Below, piece by piece: positions 6,764 through 16,009 of a stretch of 29,435 bases of DNA. Positions within the stretch are counted from its first letter, which is position 1, and the number at the start of each line of letters is the position of its first letter. Under the pieces are notes generated by a model, which saw only the letters and a list, made by a program, of their open reading frames with translations, did not search any database and had not been told where the DNA came from. The position numbers were made by a program, and so were the translations under genes. This DNA comes from a virus. The stretch is taken from the IMG/VR virus record IMGVR_UViG_3300022547_000006, positions 1 through 29,435 of that record, one strand, 5' to 3'.

Positions 6764-7654
6764 CTATACCTTAGTCACCTGAAGTGCGATTGTTACTCTG
6801 GTGATCGTTGTGCAGGAATCCACATTGAACGCTAGAATATCACCTGCACTCACCGTTTTTGTCCAACCCGAAAGTGTTGAATCTTGAGACTTCTGCGCCG
6901 AGGAGATAGTGGGCTTCGCAGAAGCAGTGATAGTATCCTCAACCGTAGGTGGGAAGTTCGCATACGTATCTTTCCAGATGTCTACTACAATACTCCCGCT
7001 CTGATCAGCTAACATAGTTACACGGTCAATCGTACATCCGTATGGCACTTCAAGATGTCCTTTCTGGCCGGTCGTTATAACCTCGCCACCTCCGTCTATT
7101 ACAAAAGTAATTGTAGCTGGTTCTTGTGCAACACCGTCTTTGATCATTAAACCCGCGATTATTATCCCGTCGTCAGGTTTATATTCCTCAATAGTTTTTA
7201 CTTTAATACTACCAAGTAGTTTTAGATTTGCGACCGCGAACCATCCATCTAGATATAGGGGTTCTAAATCCGATTCGTACGTTGCGAATTCAGCTAGGTA
7301 TTTTGTAGTTCCACCAGCCTTGAAATGTAGCAACGCGCCGTAATTCGCATCACAAACGAGCTTCGCATAATCACCATTTACATTATAAGAAAAAAAGCTG
7401 CCTGCTTCCACAATTTTATCCGGGGGGAGTGTTAAGTCCCCCGTCATTGCGCGTGAGCCGTCTTTCAGAAATAACTCGGTATCTAACTGCGCGACCGCGA
7501 TAACGCCATCCTCATCTGGATCGTACGTACTCTTGAGCATAGCGCCGTCTATTAATACGTGCGCATCATATATTCCCTGCTCGATCTTATTCAGATTAGT
7601 CTCGTCAATCGCCGGCGGCGTGTTATTTACCCAGGTCGTTTTCGTGTACGCCAT
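6764..7654 (-). CDS. Tail fibre/baseplate protein (296 aa)
   Basis: N-terminal AYTKTTWVN...IDETNLNKIEQGI motif typical of phage tail-appendage anchors; beta-rich C-terminal domain; position in tail module. Confidence 0.65.
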   Translation of the reverse strand: MAYTKTTWVNNTPPAIDETNLNKIEQGIYDAHVLIDGAMLKSTYDPDEDGVIAVAQLDTELFLKDGSRAMTGDLTLPPDKIVEAGSFFSYNVNGDYAKLVCDANYGALLHFKAGGTTKYLAEFATYESDLEPLYLDGWFAVANLKLLGSIKVKTIEEYKPDDGIIIAGLMIKDGVAQEPATITFVIDGGGEVITTGQKGHLEVPYGCTIDRVTMLADQSGSIVVDIWKDTYANFPPTVEDTITASAKPTISSAQKSQDSTLSGWTKTVSAGDILAFNVDSCTTITRVTIALQVTKV

Positions 7655-7687
7655 CTAGTTATCTATTCGCTCTCCTTCCTATTTATG

Positions 7688-7897
7688 TTATTCCTCGCCC
7701 TCCTCGATTACGTTCGCGCTCTTGTGCACGCGCGCGACTATGCTACTGTCTATGAGTGAGATCGCAAGCGCGAGCGCATCGTACGGCGAGACCGTGAACG
7801 AAAAAACGCGGCCGCCCTGTTCTGTGAACCGTATCAATACCTGCCCCGCAACCGGCCCGATATTGATATCCATATGCTTCTGGTCTTCCTCGCTCAT
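7688..7897 (-). CDS. Hypothetical protein (69 aa)
   Basis: ATG 7897 overlaps the upstream TGA (ATGA). Confidence 0.65.
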   Translation of the reverse strand: MSEEDQKHMDINIGPVAGQVLIRFTEQGGRVFSFTVSPYDALALAISLIDSSIVARVHKSANVIEEGEE

Positions 7898-8436
7898 CCT
7901 TTGAAGCCTAATCCCGCTAGAAACTTCGCGATCTTCTGTACGAGCTGCTCCAGCCACGTGAGCCGCTGCTCGTGTTCCGCGGTCGTGTTCTCCAGGTCCG
8001 TGAGTCGCTGCCCCGACGATTTCATGCCCGGTGAGAGAGTCGTGGGGACGGGTAAGGATGTAGGTGATACCGTAGGCTCGGGTATCAACTCTGGTGTCGG
8101 CTCTGGTGTCACGGGAGCGATCGGTGAGGGTTGATAATTTATCGTTCTCAGGGGCTGATCATCAAAAACCATGACCGACCAGCGCTGATCCTGATAACCC
8201 ACCTTCTTCAGCGTGTAATTGATACCGGCACTATGGGAATCTCCCCGCGAGAGCGCCATACACTCGATACAACCTGTCTCATCCGTCCGCCCAAAGTAAT
8301 ACCCCTCTACGAATACATCCACATGAGCGCCCGCGGGCCCATCCAAGCAGAGCGTGAACTGAATCGGCTTACTACTCACGGACATGATCACCCCTACAAA
8401 GACTATGAGTAAGAGCAGAGCTATGCTTTTCTTCAT
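7894..8436 (-). CDS. Secreted or surface protein: signal peptide, PEGA-like beta domain, Pro/Thr linker, coiled coil and amphipathic C-terminal helix
   Basis: MKKSIALLLLIVFVGVIMSVSS leader; VFVEGYYFGRT...YTLKKVGY; TPEPTPE linker; own TATA box (8467-8459) 22 nt upstream. Confidence 0.75.
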   Translation of the reverse strand: MKKSIALLLLIVFVGVIMSVSSKPIQFTLCLDGPAGAHVDVFVEGYYFGRTDETGCIECMALSRGDSHSAGINYTLKKVGYQDQRWSVMVFDDQPLRTINYQPSPIAPVTPEPTPELIPEPTVSPTSLPVPTTLSPGMKSSGQRLTDLENTTAEHEQRLTWLEQLVQKIAKFLAGLGFKG

Positions 8437-8475
8437 ACTTATACATTCTACCTACGGGTATAATTAAGATTGTGG

Positions 8476-10770
8476 TCATTTGCTCTCGATAAATCCCTGT
8501 ACGTGGCAATTCGCCTCGATGCGCAAGACCTGATTCGGCGTGAACTCCACATCAATCCACTTATTTACACCTTCCGCCTTAACAAGCGTAGTAATATCAC
8601 ACTTGTTCTGGTCCTCCGTGAATGGCGAGTCAGAGACTTCCGTTAGACTACCACCATCCTCTCCGACCTTTACAATGATAGATGGCGATGAGTGTGAAGC
8701 TTCATAGATTTGGTACGTCATCGCGTGCTGGTGGTCTGAGATCGTATGTTCGTGATCCAAGACCGTATGCGTGTGCGCCGGGTAAGTATGCGTATGAAGT
8801 CTTGTCGGCACCTCGTTCTGGGACACGTCTGTTATCGGTAGGAAACTTATGAAGTTGTTCCCCGATGCATCCCCCGTATTACCCGTACCGCCTGGGCCCG
8901 TAGCACCTGTACCATCACTATTCGTCGTAGCCCAATTACCGGACCCACCCCCTGAGCATCTTAGACCATGCTGGTTGCCAACTAAGCCGACCTCGTAGTC
9001 TAAACTCGCCTCTACGAAGGGGATCGTATGCGTATGCGACGGCCCGCTGTGCGTATGCGATGGTCCTGAATGATAATGTGTCCTCAAGGAAACGTAAACA
9101 ACGGGTGACATGTAAGTCCCAATCGTCCAAAGCAAGAAATAGTCGCCAGTAGCCCCGGACGTGGAGCCGCCGCCCGCGGGAGTCGTATGCCCGCCGCCAG
9201 CTGGCGTTGTGCCGCCGCCGCCCGCGGGAGTCGTGCCCGTGTACGCGCGATAAGGCTTGATCTTGAACGAGAGGAAGACATGATTAATTGCCTTGATCTC
9301 CTCCGGGAGAAAGAACCGGAGGTGAAGCGGATGCATCGCGTCACAGTTCTCGTACGATTGGATTGAGTAGATACAGGTATTCCCGAGTCCGTACACAGAA
9401 GAGGTATCAAGATTCTTCTGGAGCTGCGAGATGTCCTCCAGGAAGTCCTCGCTGGCGCCGCCGAGCGTGAGCCGAAGCGTGTACTCGTCTTCATTGAACT
9501 CGTACGCGATTACGCGAAGCGTGGCCGAGAGATGCCCGGGATAGAGCCCCACGGACGGGTACAGCGTTGCGGATGGGTATAGGCTATCGAGGAACTGGAG
9601 CCGTACGTGGTCGCCAATATCCGCTATGAGCACTTCCTGCGCGGCAATGAATTCCGCGCGTTCGATCGGTCGTTCATATTTATTTATGAGCCGCTGCGCG
9701 AGCAGATCTACGGTCGTCTGGTGCATTATGCTCTGCTCGGGGTATACATTCTCACGAAGTCCATATACCGCGATTGAGCTCCCGGACTGCGCATCATCAA
9801 ACGAAGGGTAGCCACTAGCGGAGTACTGGAGATCGATAATCTGCGCGCCCTTCTTGTGCGCGTAGGCCCCGATATAGTACGGGTTGTCCGTTGGCGGATT
9901 CACGACTGGAATATGCCCGCGAGTGAGCCCGGAGAAAGTCTTCGTCTCGTTGTTCTTCGCGCTGTACTTGATCCATTCGCGCCCACATCGGAGATCACCC
10001 GAGGAAGGGAAGCTGTCGATCGCCTCGGCGACCGTAAGTGAGGTTGCGTCCGCTGAGATCTCCGCAGCCAGCGTCGCACGGTTCGCAGTTGCGGCGAACG
10101 ACTCGCTCATAATCTGATTAACGCCATCGCCGTACCCCATCACGCGAATAACATTATAGACTTTATCTACATCTTTGTGCCGTATGATGTCGATCGCGGT
10201 CTCAGATGCGGAGAACGTTTCCGTGACTGTCTCGGAACCGTAATGTGCGACGAAGTTCAGCCGGTCGGTATCGAAGCCTACGGCCTGATCCACATACCAG
10301 TCGTAGCCGATCGCGTTCGCTAGTGACATGATCGACCGTAGTACGGAATCCTCCTCCGCTCTGAACCCTACCTTGATTGCGGGTTCGATCGTGCCCTCAT
10401 CCATTATACCGCTGATCAGTTCCTTCACGATAGCGTCTGCCGCATCATCGTTCCATTGCTTGCGGCCGCGAATTGTCCGATCGTGCAGCTTGATCTCCAT
10501 GCCGTTACCTTCGAGCGTCCATTCCTCATCCGCATCATTCTTGTCCACGTTACGGATCTCGCCCTTGAGGATGAGCTCCGAGCCGTAAAGCAAGTATATC
10601 AGGTTGCCTTCCTTCACGAGCGCCTTCTGTTCGGTCGTGAGCAGAAAAACCGTTACTCGGAATGCTGAGATCTTATTTAATTCTTTCCTATACCAAAGTC
10701 GGTAGTAGTATGGGAATTCAACAGCAGCCGCGTAGTTCGTTGCGGTGATCTTGATGACGTACTCGCTCAT
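8476..10770 (-). CDS. Baseplate hub / tail-tip protein with a C-terminal His-rich fibre segment (764 aa)
   Basis: Follows TMP and Dit; hub-like N-terminal domain; TTPAGGG x3 and HTH(S/T) repeats. Confidence 0.75.
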   Translation of the reverse strand: MSEYVIKITATNYAAAVEFPYYYRLWYRKELNKISAFRVTVFLLTTEQKALVKEGNLIYLLYGSELILKGEIRNVDKNDADEEWTLEGNGMEIKLHDRTIRGRKQWNDDAADAIVKELISGIMDEGTIEPAIKVGFRAEEDSVLRSIMSLANAIGYDWYVDQAVGFDTDRLNFVAHYGSETVTETFSASETAIDIIRHKDVDKVYNVIRVMGYGDGVNQIMSESFAATANRATLAAEISADATSLTVAEAIDSFPSSGDLRCGREWIKYSAKNNETKTFSGLTRGHIPVVNPPTDNPYYIGAYAHKKGAQIIDLQYSASGYPSFDDAQSGSSIAVYGLRENVYPEQSIMHQTTVDLLAQRLINKYERPIERAEFIAAQEVLIADIGDHVRLQFLDSLYPSATLYPSVGLYPGHLSATLRVIAYEFNEDEYTLRLTLGGASEDFLEDISQLQKNLDTSSVYGLGNTCIYSIQSYENCDAMHPLHLRFFLPEEIKAINHVFLSFKIKPYRAYTGTTPAGGGGTTPAGGGHTTPAGGGSTSGATGDYFLLWTIGTYMSPVVYVSLRTHYHSGPSHTHSGPSHTHTIPFVEASLDYEVGLVGNQHGLRCSGGGSGNWATTNSDGTGATGPGGTGNTGDASGNNFISFLPITDVSQNEVPTRLHTHTYPAHTHTVLDHEHTISDHQHAMTYQIYEASHSSPSIIVKVGEDGGSLTEVSDSPFTEDQNKCDITTLVKAEGVNKWIDVEFTPNQVLRIEANCHVQGFIESK

Positions 10771-10775
10771 GTTAG

Positions 10776-11165
10776 TTAGAACGCGCCCTCCTCTAACTCT
10801 ATCAAGAATTCATACTTTTCCTTGTTAGATTCCTTCCACATATCCACTTTCATAATAGAGCAGGCATATGGATTACCACCGTTATTTTCGCCCCAAAAAA
10901 ACCGTACACGACCCATCATCGCGCCCGTGCCGAGCATCCACCAGTTCTTGCTCGCGGCTTCAATACTATCCTTCTCCGCCTGCGTTGCCTTCCCCGAAAT
11001 AATGAAAAGCGAGCGCCGGCGTGACCGACCTGGCCTAATCTTCGGTAATTCCTGACCCGCACGATCGGCTACAACCGGAGTCACCGCCACGCGCTGGTCT
11101 ACTCGTGTCACTCTGAGCACAATTTCGATATCTGTTTCCGACTTGATCTTTACGGTCAAAGCCAT
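10776..11165 (-). CDS. Putative distal tail protein (Dit-like, 129 aa)
   Basis: Position directly after the tape measure gene, size and beta-rich pattern. Confidence 0.6.
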   Translation of the reverse strand: MALTVKIKSETDIEIVLRVTRVDQRVAVTPVVADRAGQELPKIRPGRSRRRSLFIISGKATQAEKDSIEAASKNWWMLGTGAMMGRVRFFWGENNGGNPYACSIMKVDMWKESNKEKYEFLIELEEGAF

Positions 11166-11166
11166 C

Positions 11167-12915
11167 TTACGACCTCACGTAATCTTTAAGTTCGCGTTTG
11201 AGTTCCTCCTTTAGCTTGCGCGCTAAATCGCGTAGGTCCGTCTCAGAGCGTATCGCCGCGGTAATCGTGACCGGCATATTAATATTAATCTCGGTAGTCG
11301 CTGGCGATCCGCCAGCTGTGGATGGCGCGAACGTTTCAGGGTATGCGATGGGCTTAACCGCGGGCGCGACAACCGGCGCGAACGTCCGCGAATCAAGCGC
11401 GACTTCACCTGCGCCCTGAACGAGTGTGAGTGGGATCTGCTTGCCGATTTCCAATAACGTAGGCGAAAAGCTAAGGGTACCTAATGCCCAGCTCCCGAGT
11501 TCGCTAGATACGTAGGACAGCCCGCTGCGGATATGACCCATTATGCGGCTACCGATATCGCCGATGCCGCGTATGAAGCTGCTCACGAGCTCCGCGCCGG
11601 CGTTGTACGCAGTCCGCGCCCAATCTCTAAGCGAGCTATCTACTGTCGGTAGCTTACTGCGTATATGCGACCAGATACGCGCGCCGATATCGCCGATCCC
11701 TGTGATGAACCGCATCACGAGTTCGCCCCCGGGTGTAGTGAATAGGCTGGTCCATCGCGTTAATTCCGTCATAACCGTGCCGATCTTACGCTGTGACCAG
11801 GTCCAGATACGCGCGCCGATATCGCCGATCCCTTTTAGCAGTGATTCCACGAGCGCGTAGCCGGGGCCGTAGAAAGTGGCGGCCCACGTATCCAGCTCGG
11901 TCTGCACTGTACCGATTGTGCTTGCGATACCAGCCCATACCCGCGAACCGATATCGCCGATGCCCGCTACGAGCCTATCTAACTCTGTACGGATTGCCGC
12001 ATCATACGATGCTAAGATAGCCTCTGTTGAGGTTTTGAACGCGCGCCAGTGTACGAGTGCTTCCCCGAATATCCGCTTGAGCTCGCCCGGTATCTGTTTC
12101 AGTTCGCCCTCCATGACCAATACCGCGATCGCGCCGAGCGCCTGCAACGGGGCCGTTACCGCCATGAAGAAATCGCTGAAGATGGGGTGAGCCTTACCGA
12201 ACTCGTCAATCACGTTGCCGAGTGCCTTCGTGACCCCCGAAGTATATAGCTTCCAGATTACCAATCCGCCCAGTACTAATGTAGCGATCGTTGCGAACGT
12301 TGCAGCCAGGCCAGCACCCGCTAGCAGAGATGCGAAGAACGCCTTGATACCCGCGATAAGCGGTATTAGCGTCGCCTTGATCGAGGCGAAGATGCTCGCT
12401 AAGCCCGCAGCGGCGAAGATAGCCTTTACGGCTGCGATCGCGGAGACGAGTCCTAAGAAGCCTGTCGCGGCCCCGATTATGACGCCCGTAGCTAGTTTTA
12501 CGGGCCCCGGTAATGAGACGAACAGATCCCCCACCTTCCAGAGGAAATCGAGTAACGGATCTATTACCGGTGCCATCGAAACCCCGATTTCATCAAAAAC
12601 AGAGCCGATAATCATACCGAACTCGGAAAAGTAGCCGCGGATCACCGCTGAGCTTTTCGCGACCGCGTAGAGCGATGCGATTGCGGCCGCGCCAACCGCG
12701 ATCCAGCCCATCTTCCATTTACTAAGGAATCCTTCGATTTTCTTCGTCTCCTCCAACACTCCCGATCCAGTCGTCTTCGTCGCCGTACCCATCTTCTTAA
12801 GTTCTATATCCGAGACGCTCGCGACATCCTTAACTTCACGCTGGACTGATCGCAGACCGGCAAGCGCATCCGCTACCTCGGAGGATACAACAACCTGGAG
12901 ATTCGCAACCTCCAT
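11167..12915 (-). CDS. Tape measure protein (582 aa)
   Basis: Follows the chaperone; Ala/Gly-rich hydrophobic helices; four 44-aa GIGDIGxRIW repeats; typical INMPVTIT C-terminus. Confidence 0.88.
   Translation of the reverse strand: MEVANLQVVVSSEVADALAGLRSVQREVKDVASVSDIELKKMGTATKTTGSGVLEETKKIEGFLSKWKMGWIAVGAAAIASLYAVAKSSAVIRGYFSEFGMIIGSVFDEIGVSMAPVIDPLLDFLWKVGDLFVSLPGPVKLATGVIIGAATGFLGLVSAIAAVKAIFAAAGLASIFASIKATLIPLIAGIKAFFASLLAGAGLAATFATIATLVLGGLVIWKLYTSGVTKALGNVIDEFGKAHPIFSDFFMAVTAPLQALGAIAVLVMEGELKQIPGELKRIFGEALVHWRAFKTSTEAILASYDAAIRTELDRLVAGIGDIGSRVWAGIASTIGTVQTELDTWAATFYGPGYALVESLLKGIGDIGARIWTWSQRKIGTVMTELTRWTSLFTTPGGELVMRFITGIGDIGARIWSHIRSKLPTVDSSLRDWARTAYNAGAELVSSFIRGIGDIGSRIMGHIRSGLSYVSSELGSWALGTLSFSPTLLEIGKQIPLTLVQGAGEVALDSRTFAPVVAPAVKPIAYPETFAPSTAGGSPATTEININMPVTITAAIRSETDLRDLARKLKEELKRELKDYVRS
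11555..11963 (-). repeat. Four 132-bp (44-aa) repeats in the tape measure gene
   Basis: ATATCGCCGAT recurs at 11555, 11687, 11819 and 11951. Confidence 0.9.
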
Positions 12916-12916
12916 T

Positions 12917-13117
12917 TTATTTCGACATCGCCTCCTGCTTCATCTTCAGTACCTCGTCCAAATACACCGCGAACCGCCCTACCTTTTCCGCGCTCATCTT
13001 TTGCATATCTCCATAGGTCAGCCCCGGGACGTGCATTAGTAGCATGAACTCTGTGAGCTCGGCCGCAGTCCCAGGGTCGAGTTCTACTACGCCTCGGATG
13101 GCGCCCCGGTAAAATCC
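12917..13117 (-). CDS. -1 frame extension of the tail assembly chaperone (gpT-like; no start codon of its own)
   Basis: Open -1 frame from G GAT TTT (13117-13111) to TAA at 12917: YRGAIRGVVELDPGTAAELTEFMLLMHVPGLTYGDMQKMSAEKVGRFAVYLDEVLKMKQEAMSK. Confidence 0.7.
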   Translation of the reverse strand, partial: GFYRGAIRGVVELDPGTAAELTEFMLLMHVPGLTYGDMQKMSAEKVGRFAVYLDEVLKMKQEAMSK

Positions 13118-13470
13118 GCTTGCTCCTCTGTGAGAAGCTCCTGGCTCCTCGGTACGATCTTCGCGAGTTGCTGCCCCGCATCGTCGCCGAGCTTGATCAG
13201 CGCGATTTCCAGGTCGTCTGAGAACGGATGCTCAACGATCATGCGCTTGAGGCATCCGCGATTGTAGAGATCTACATCCAGATGGCCCTTATTCATATTG
13301 TCAATACTCAATGAATCGCTCAGGATCTTGTTACGTGCTGCCCAGGTGAGTGCGCGATATTTGAAGACATACTCCTTCCCGCCAAGCTTTACGATATGCT
13401 CTTTGAGCGTCTGGTCCGCGTAGAGCTCAGAGCCATCAGCCGCGCCCGTCTTTCGTTCGCCCTTCGTCAT
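13087..13470 (-). CDS. Tail assembly chaperone (gpG-like)
   Basis: Lies between tail tube and tape measure genes, with a slippery site near its 3' end. Confidence 0.75.
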   Translation of the reverse strand: MTKGERKTGAADGSELYADQTLKEHIVKLGGKEYVFKYRALTWAARNKILSDSLSIDNMNKGHLDVDLYNRGCLKRMIVEHPFSDDLEIALIKLGDDAGQQLAKIVPRSQELLTEEQADFTGAPSEA

Positions 13471-13473
13471 CGC

Positions 13474-14442
13474 TTACGGTCCTGTCTCGTTCGGATATGC
13501 TGAGATCGCATCAACTACGATGATCTCCAGACTGCGCATCTTGATGAGCACGTCCACCTCCATCTTACCCTTCTCGGGTATTGGATGTGGCGCCTCCGGC
13601 ATGAAGCACGTGTATCCAGCCGCGTTCTTGATCTCGATTGAATCGCTCGTTCCGCGCGATATCTTGAAGTCAATGTCGAACTCCGTCTCCGCGCCGATAT
13701 GATCAAAGATGTCAAGGCTCGTGGGTACGATGGTCGCTTTCATCTCGACCGTCTGCTCGTTCTCATCTAATTCGTAGGGATAATCAGCGTTTTCATTTTG
13801 CCAATACCAGGATTGCTCCAGGTGGTTGTCAACGGTGAGGGACCAGTTCTTCACGCGCGCGAACGGTGTACCCCAAAGAGTCAGATTCGTACTCGTCTGA
13901 TGGAACTGATATGGCTTGATATCCAATGGTACGACCGTGCTCGGCGTGTTCGTGGATTTGTAGCCCTTTGCCGCGAGCACATCGAGCGTCGCCTTGATCA
14001 CGCCCTTCTCCGTGCCCTCCAGCGTCATGCGATTCACCTTCACGCCGGTATAGTACCGCAGATAATTGGTAGTACCGTCTCCGATTGTCGCCTCCACAAC
14101 AAAACTCGGTAACTCGTCCGCCGTCTGGATCGTGTGCGTAAATGGTGGACTTGTTCCTGTCTTCACCGATTTCCCGAGTCCAAACACGAGCGCCTTGCCG
14201 TGTTGCAGCGTGAACGGGATCGAACCCTCGAAGACTATCTCGTTCCGATCTACGCCTGTCGGTACCCGTGACGCGCTCCCCGCGACCCGATAGATTTCGT
14301 ATGCCCGTTTCGGGTCTGGCAGCGGGATCTTATCCCGGAGTAGTCCGAAGACCTCGGTCTGCGCCTCTGCCGTTGGTGTCTCGTTATAGTCAGTCTCTTC
14401 TTTCCAACTCAGATAGGCCGTTGAAGCCTTTAATGTTCCCAT
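13474..14442 (-). CDS. Major tail (tube) protein
   Basis: 322 aa; YLRYYTGVKVNRMTLEG...ATLDVLA and NWSLTVDNHLE patterns of siphoviral tube proteins; gene order. Confidence 0.85.
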   Translation of the reverse strand: MGTLKASTAYLSWKEETDYNETPTAEAQTEVFGLLRDKIPLPDPKRAYEIYRVAGSASRVPTGVDRNEIVFEGSIPFTLQHGKALVFGLGKSVKTGTSPPFTHTIQTADELPSFVVEATIGDGTTNYLRYYTGVKVNRMTLEGTEKGVIKATLDVLAAKGYKSTNTPSTVVPLDIKPYQFHQTSTNLTLWGTPFARVKNWSLTVDNHLEQSWYWQNENADYPYELDENEQTVEMKATIVPTSLDIFDHIGAETEFDIDFKISRGTSDSIEIKNAAGYTCFMPEAPHPIPEKGKMEVDVLIKMRSLEIIVVDAISAYPNETGP

Positions 14443-14495
14443 TTTTCTGTTTTCTTACCTCCTCCTCCTTTTGTGCATTTTATTGCCTTTCAGTC

Positions 14496-14912
14496 CTATA
14501 GCGGCTCGTTCCATTTAACGAGCCCGTAATCAATGACACCACGCCATGAACCCGCGCGATGGAATAGCGTCCGCCGTATGAAATCCAGATGGTCCCAGTC
14601 AGTATGCGGATCGCGCCGCTTCGCCTTCCGGATACGTTCGACCTCCGCGTAGAGGGCTTTCCAGCGTGCCTCGCTCTCAGTCGTACGGATGTCAAGCGAG
14701 ATGAACCCGGACTTATCCTCAGTATTATATGCGAGATCGCCCTGCGCCTTCATTAGCCCGGATGTCTCGTAAATCAGAATTAAGTCGCCCGCCCTGAGAT
14801 CAACACGCTTCTCATCCCACTGCGCGATAATGGTCGGTAACGGGACGGTCGCGGGATTCCAGTTGGCCGTTAAAACTGTCTCTATTATATGCGTAATATC
14901 TTCCTCTCCCAT
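14496..14912 (-). CDS. Putative tail terminator/completion protein
   Basis: 138 aa, between adaptor and tail tube genes. Confidence 0.6.
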   Translation of the reverse strand: MGEEDITHIIETVLTANWNPATVPLPTIIAQWDEKRVDLRAGDLILIYETSGLMKAQGDLAYNTEDKSGFISLDIRTTESEARWKALYAEVERIRKAKRRDPHTDWDHLDFIRRTLFHRAGSWRGVIDYGLVKWNEPL

Positions 14913-14969
14913 GTCTTACTCACTCACTTTTCCTTAGCACCGGGTATTGATTGGTCCTATGCGCCCCGG

Positions 14970-15629
14970 CTACGCGATGATTAGTTCTTCGCGCCGCTCG
15001 CGAATCTTGTCTACATCCTCCTTCCAATGTCTGACCTTATCCTCCAGATTCACACGTTCCGTGGTATCAATTGTGAGAACCGTCCAGTCATCCGAGTAGA
15101 TGAGGTCGATTGCGGCCTGTTTGATCGCCCACTCTTTGATGTCGCCCGGGACGGATGACTCGCCGTAAGCGTACGTCACGCGCACGGTGCTCTTGCCGAT
15201 CGCGGGCGCCACATCAACGAAATAGATTACGCCGCATTCGTAATCGATCCAGTAGTCCGCGTCGCGACCTTCCGTATAACCGTTTGCGGTTAATACGAGG
15301 TCGATCCACTCCCCACTAGCCCATATCTCTATCTTGTGCGTGCCGCTCACGAACGCGCGAACGGCACGGTGGCAGAGGAATACGCAGCGGCACGGCTCGC
15401 GCCCGCGCGGATAACCGCGCTTACGGATTCCCGCGTAATCGTGGTACTCGTTCGTGACCGTTACAGACCGCCAAGCATGCCTCGTCTCGCGGTCAATCAT
15501 GTCCTCGACGCGGTTGATGAGTGCCTCGACAGTCGTCTTTTGCGGCTTCGTGCTCTCGCTGAAATCGCCCTTTTTATCCCCAAATAGGAACTGACTCACT
15601 TCCGCGCTCGTGCAATATGTAACCACCAT
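14970..15629 (-). CDS. Head-tail adaptor (gp6/gp15-like, with beta insertion)
   Basis: YCTxxEV...ID...VRVTYxYG...VPxDIK pattern. Confidence 0.75.
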   Translation of the reverse strand: MVVTYCTSAEVSQFLFGDKKGDFSESTKPQKTTVEALINRVEDMIDRETRHAWRSVTVTNEYHDYAGIRKRGYPRGREPCRCVFLCHRAVRAFVSGTHKIEIWASGEWIDLVLTANGYTEGRDADYWIDYECGVIYFVDVAPAIGKSTVRVTYAYGESSVPGDIKEWAIKQAAIDLIYSDDWTVLTIDTTERVNLEDKVRHWKEDVDKIRERREELIIA

Positions 15630-15632
15630 CGT

Positions 15633-15992
15633 TCAGGCGATCACCTCCTGAGGGTCAATACCGAGTTTCAATAAGAGAGCGGCCTTCGCTGTACTGAGAA
15701 CTTTTTTCATTGTCTCGTTCTCACGTGCGAGTACGACTATCGCGTCTGCGACCGCGTACCGTTCTCCTTTTGTCTTCTGTGAGAGTGCGCCCGCATCGAG
15801 TTTCGGCTTCGGGACAGTTAGTGTGATTTCGCGTTCCTCATAGTCCCATATACGCGATGGCGGATATTCTTCGCCGAATTCCATTATTGGGTGCTCAATT
15901 TCTTTCAGATTCCAACGTACCCGTAATGTCGCAGTCGTGCCCTTCAGATCCCGGAGCCAGTACCAGGTGGGCTTCACGTTACTTTGTACCAT
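15633..15992 (-). CDS. Hypothetical protein (119 aa), possible fibre chaperone
   Basis: Directly follows the CLec fibre gene. Function inferred from position only. Confidence 0.65.
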   Translation of the reverse strand: MVQSNVKPTWYWLRDLKGTTATLRVRWNLKEIEHPIMEFGEEYPPSRIWDYEEREITLTVPKPKLDAGALSQKTKGERYAVADAIVVLARENETMKKVLSTAKAALLLKLGIDPQEVIA

Positions 15993-16009
15993 ATTTCGCT
16001 CTTCCTCTG

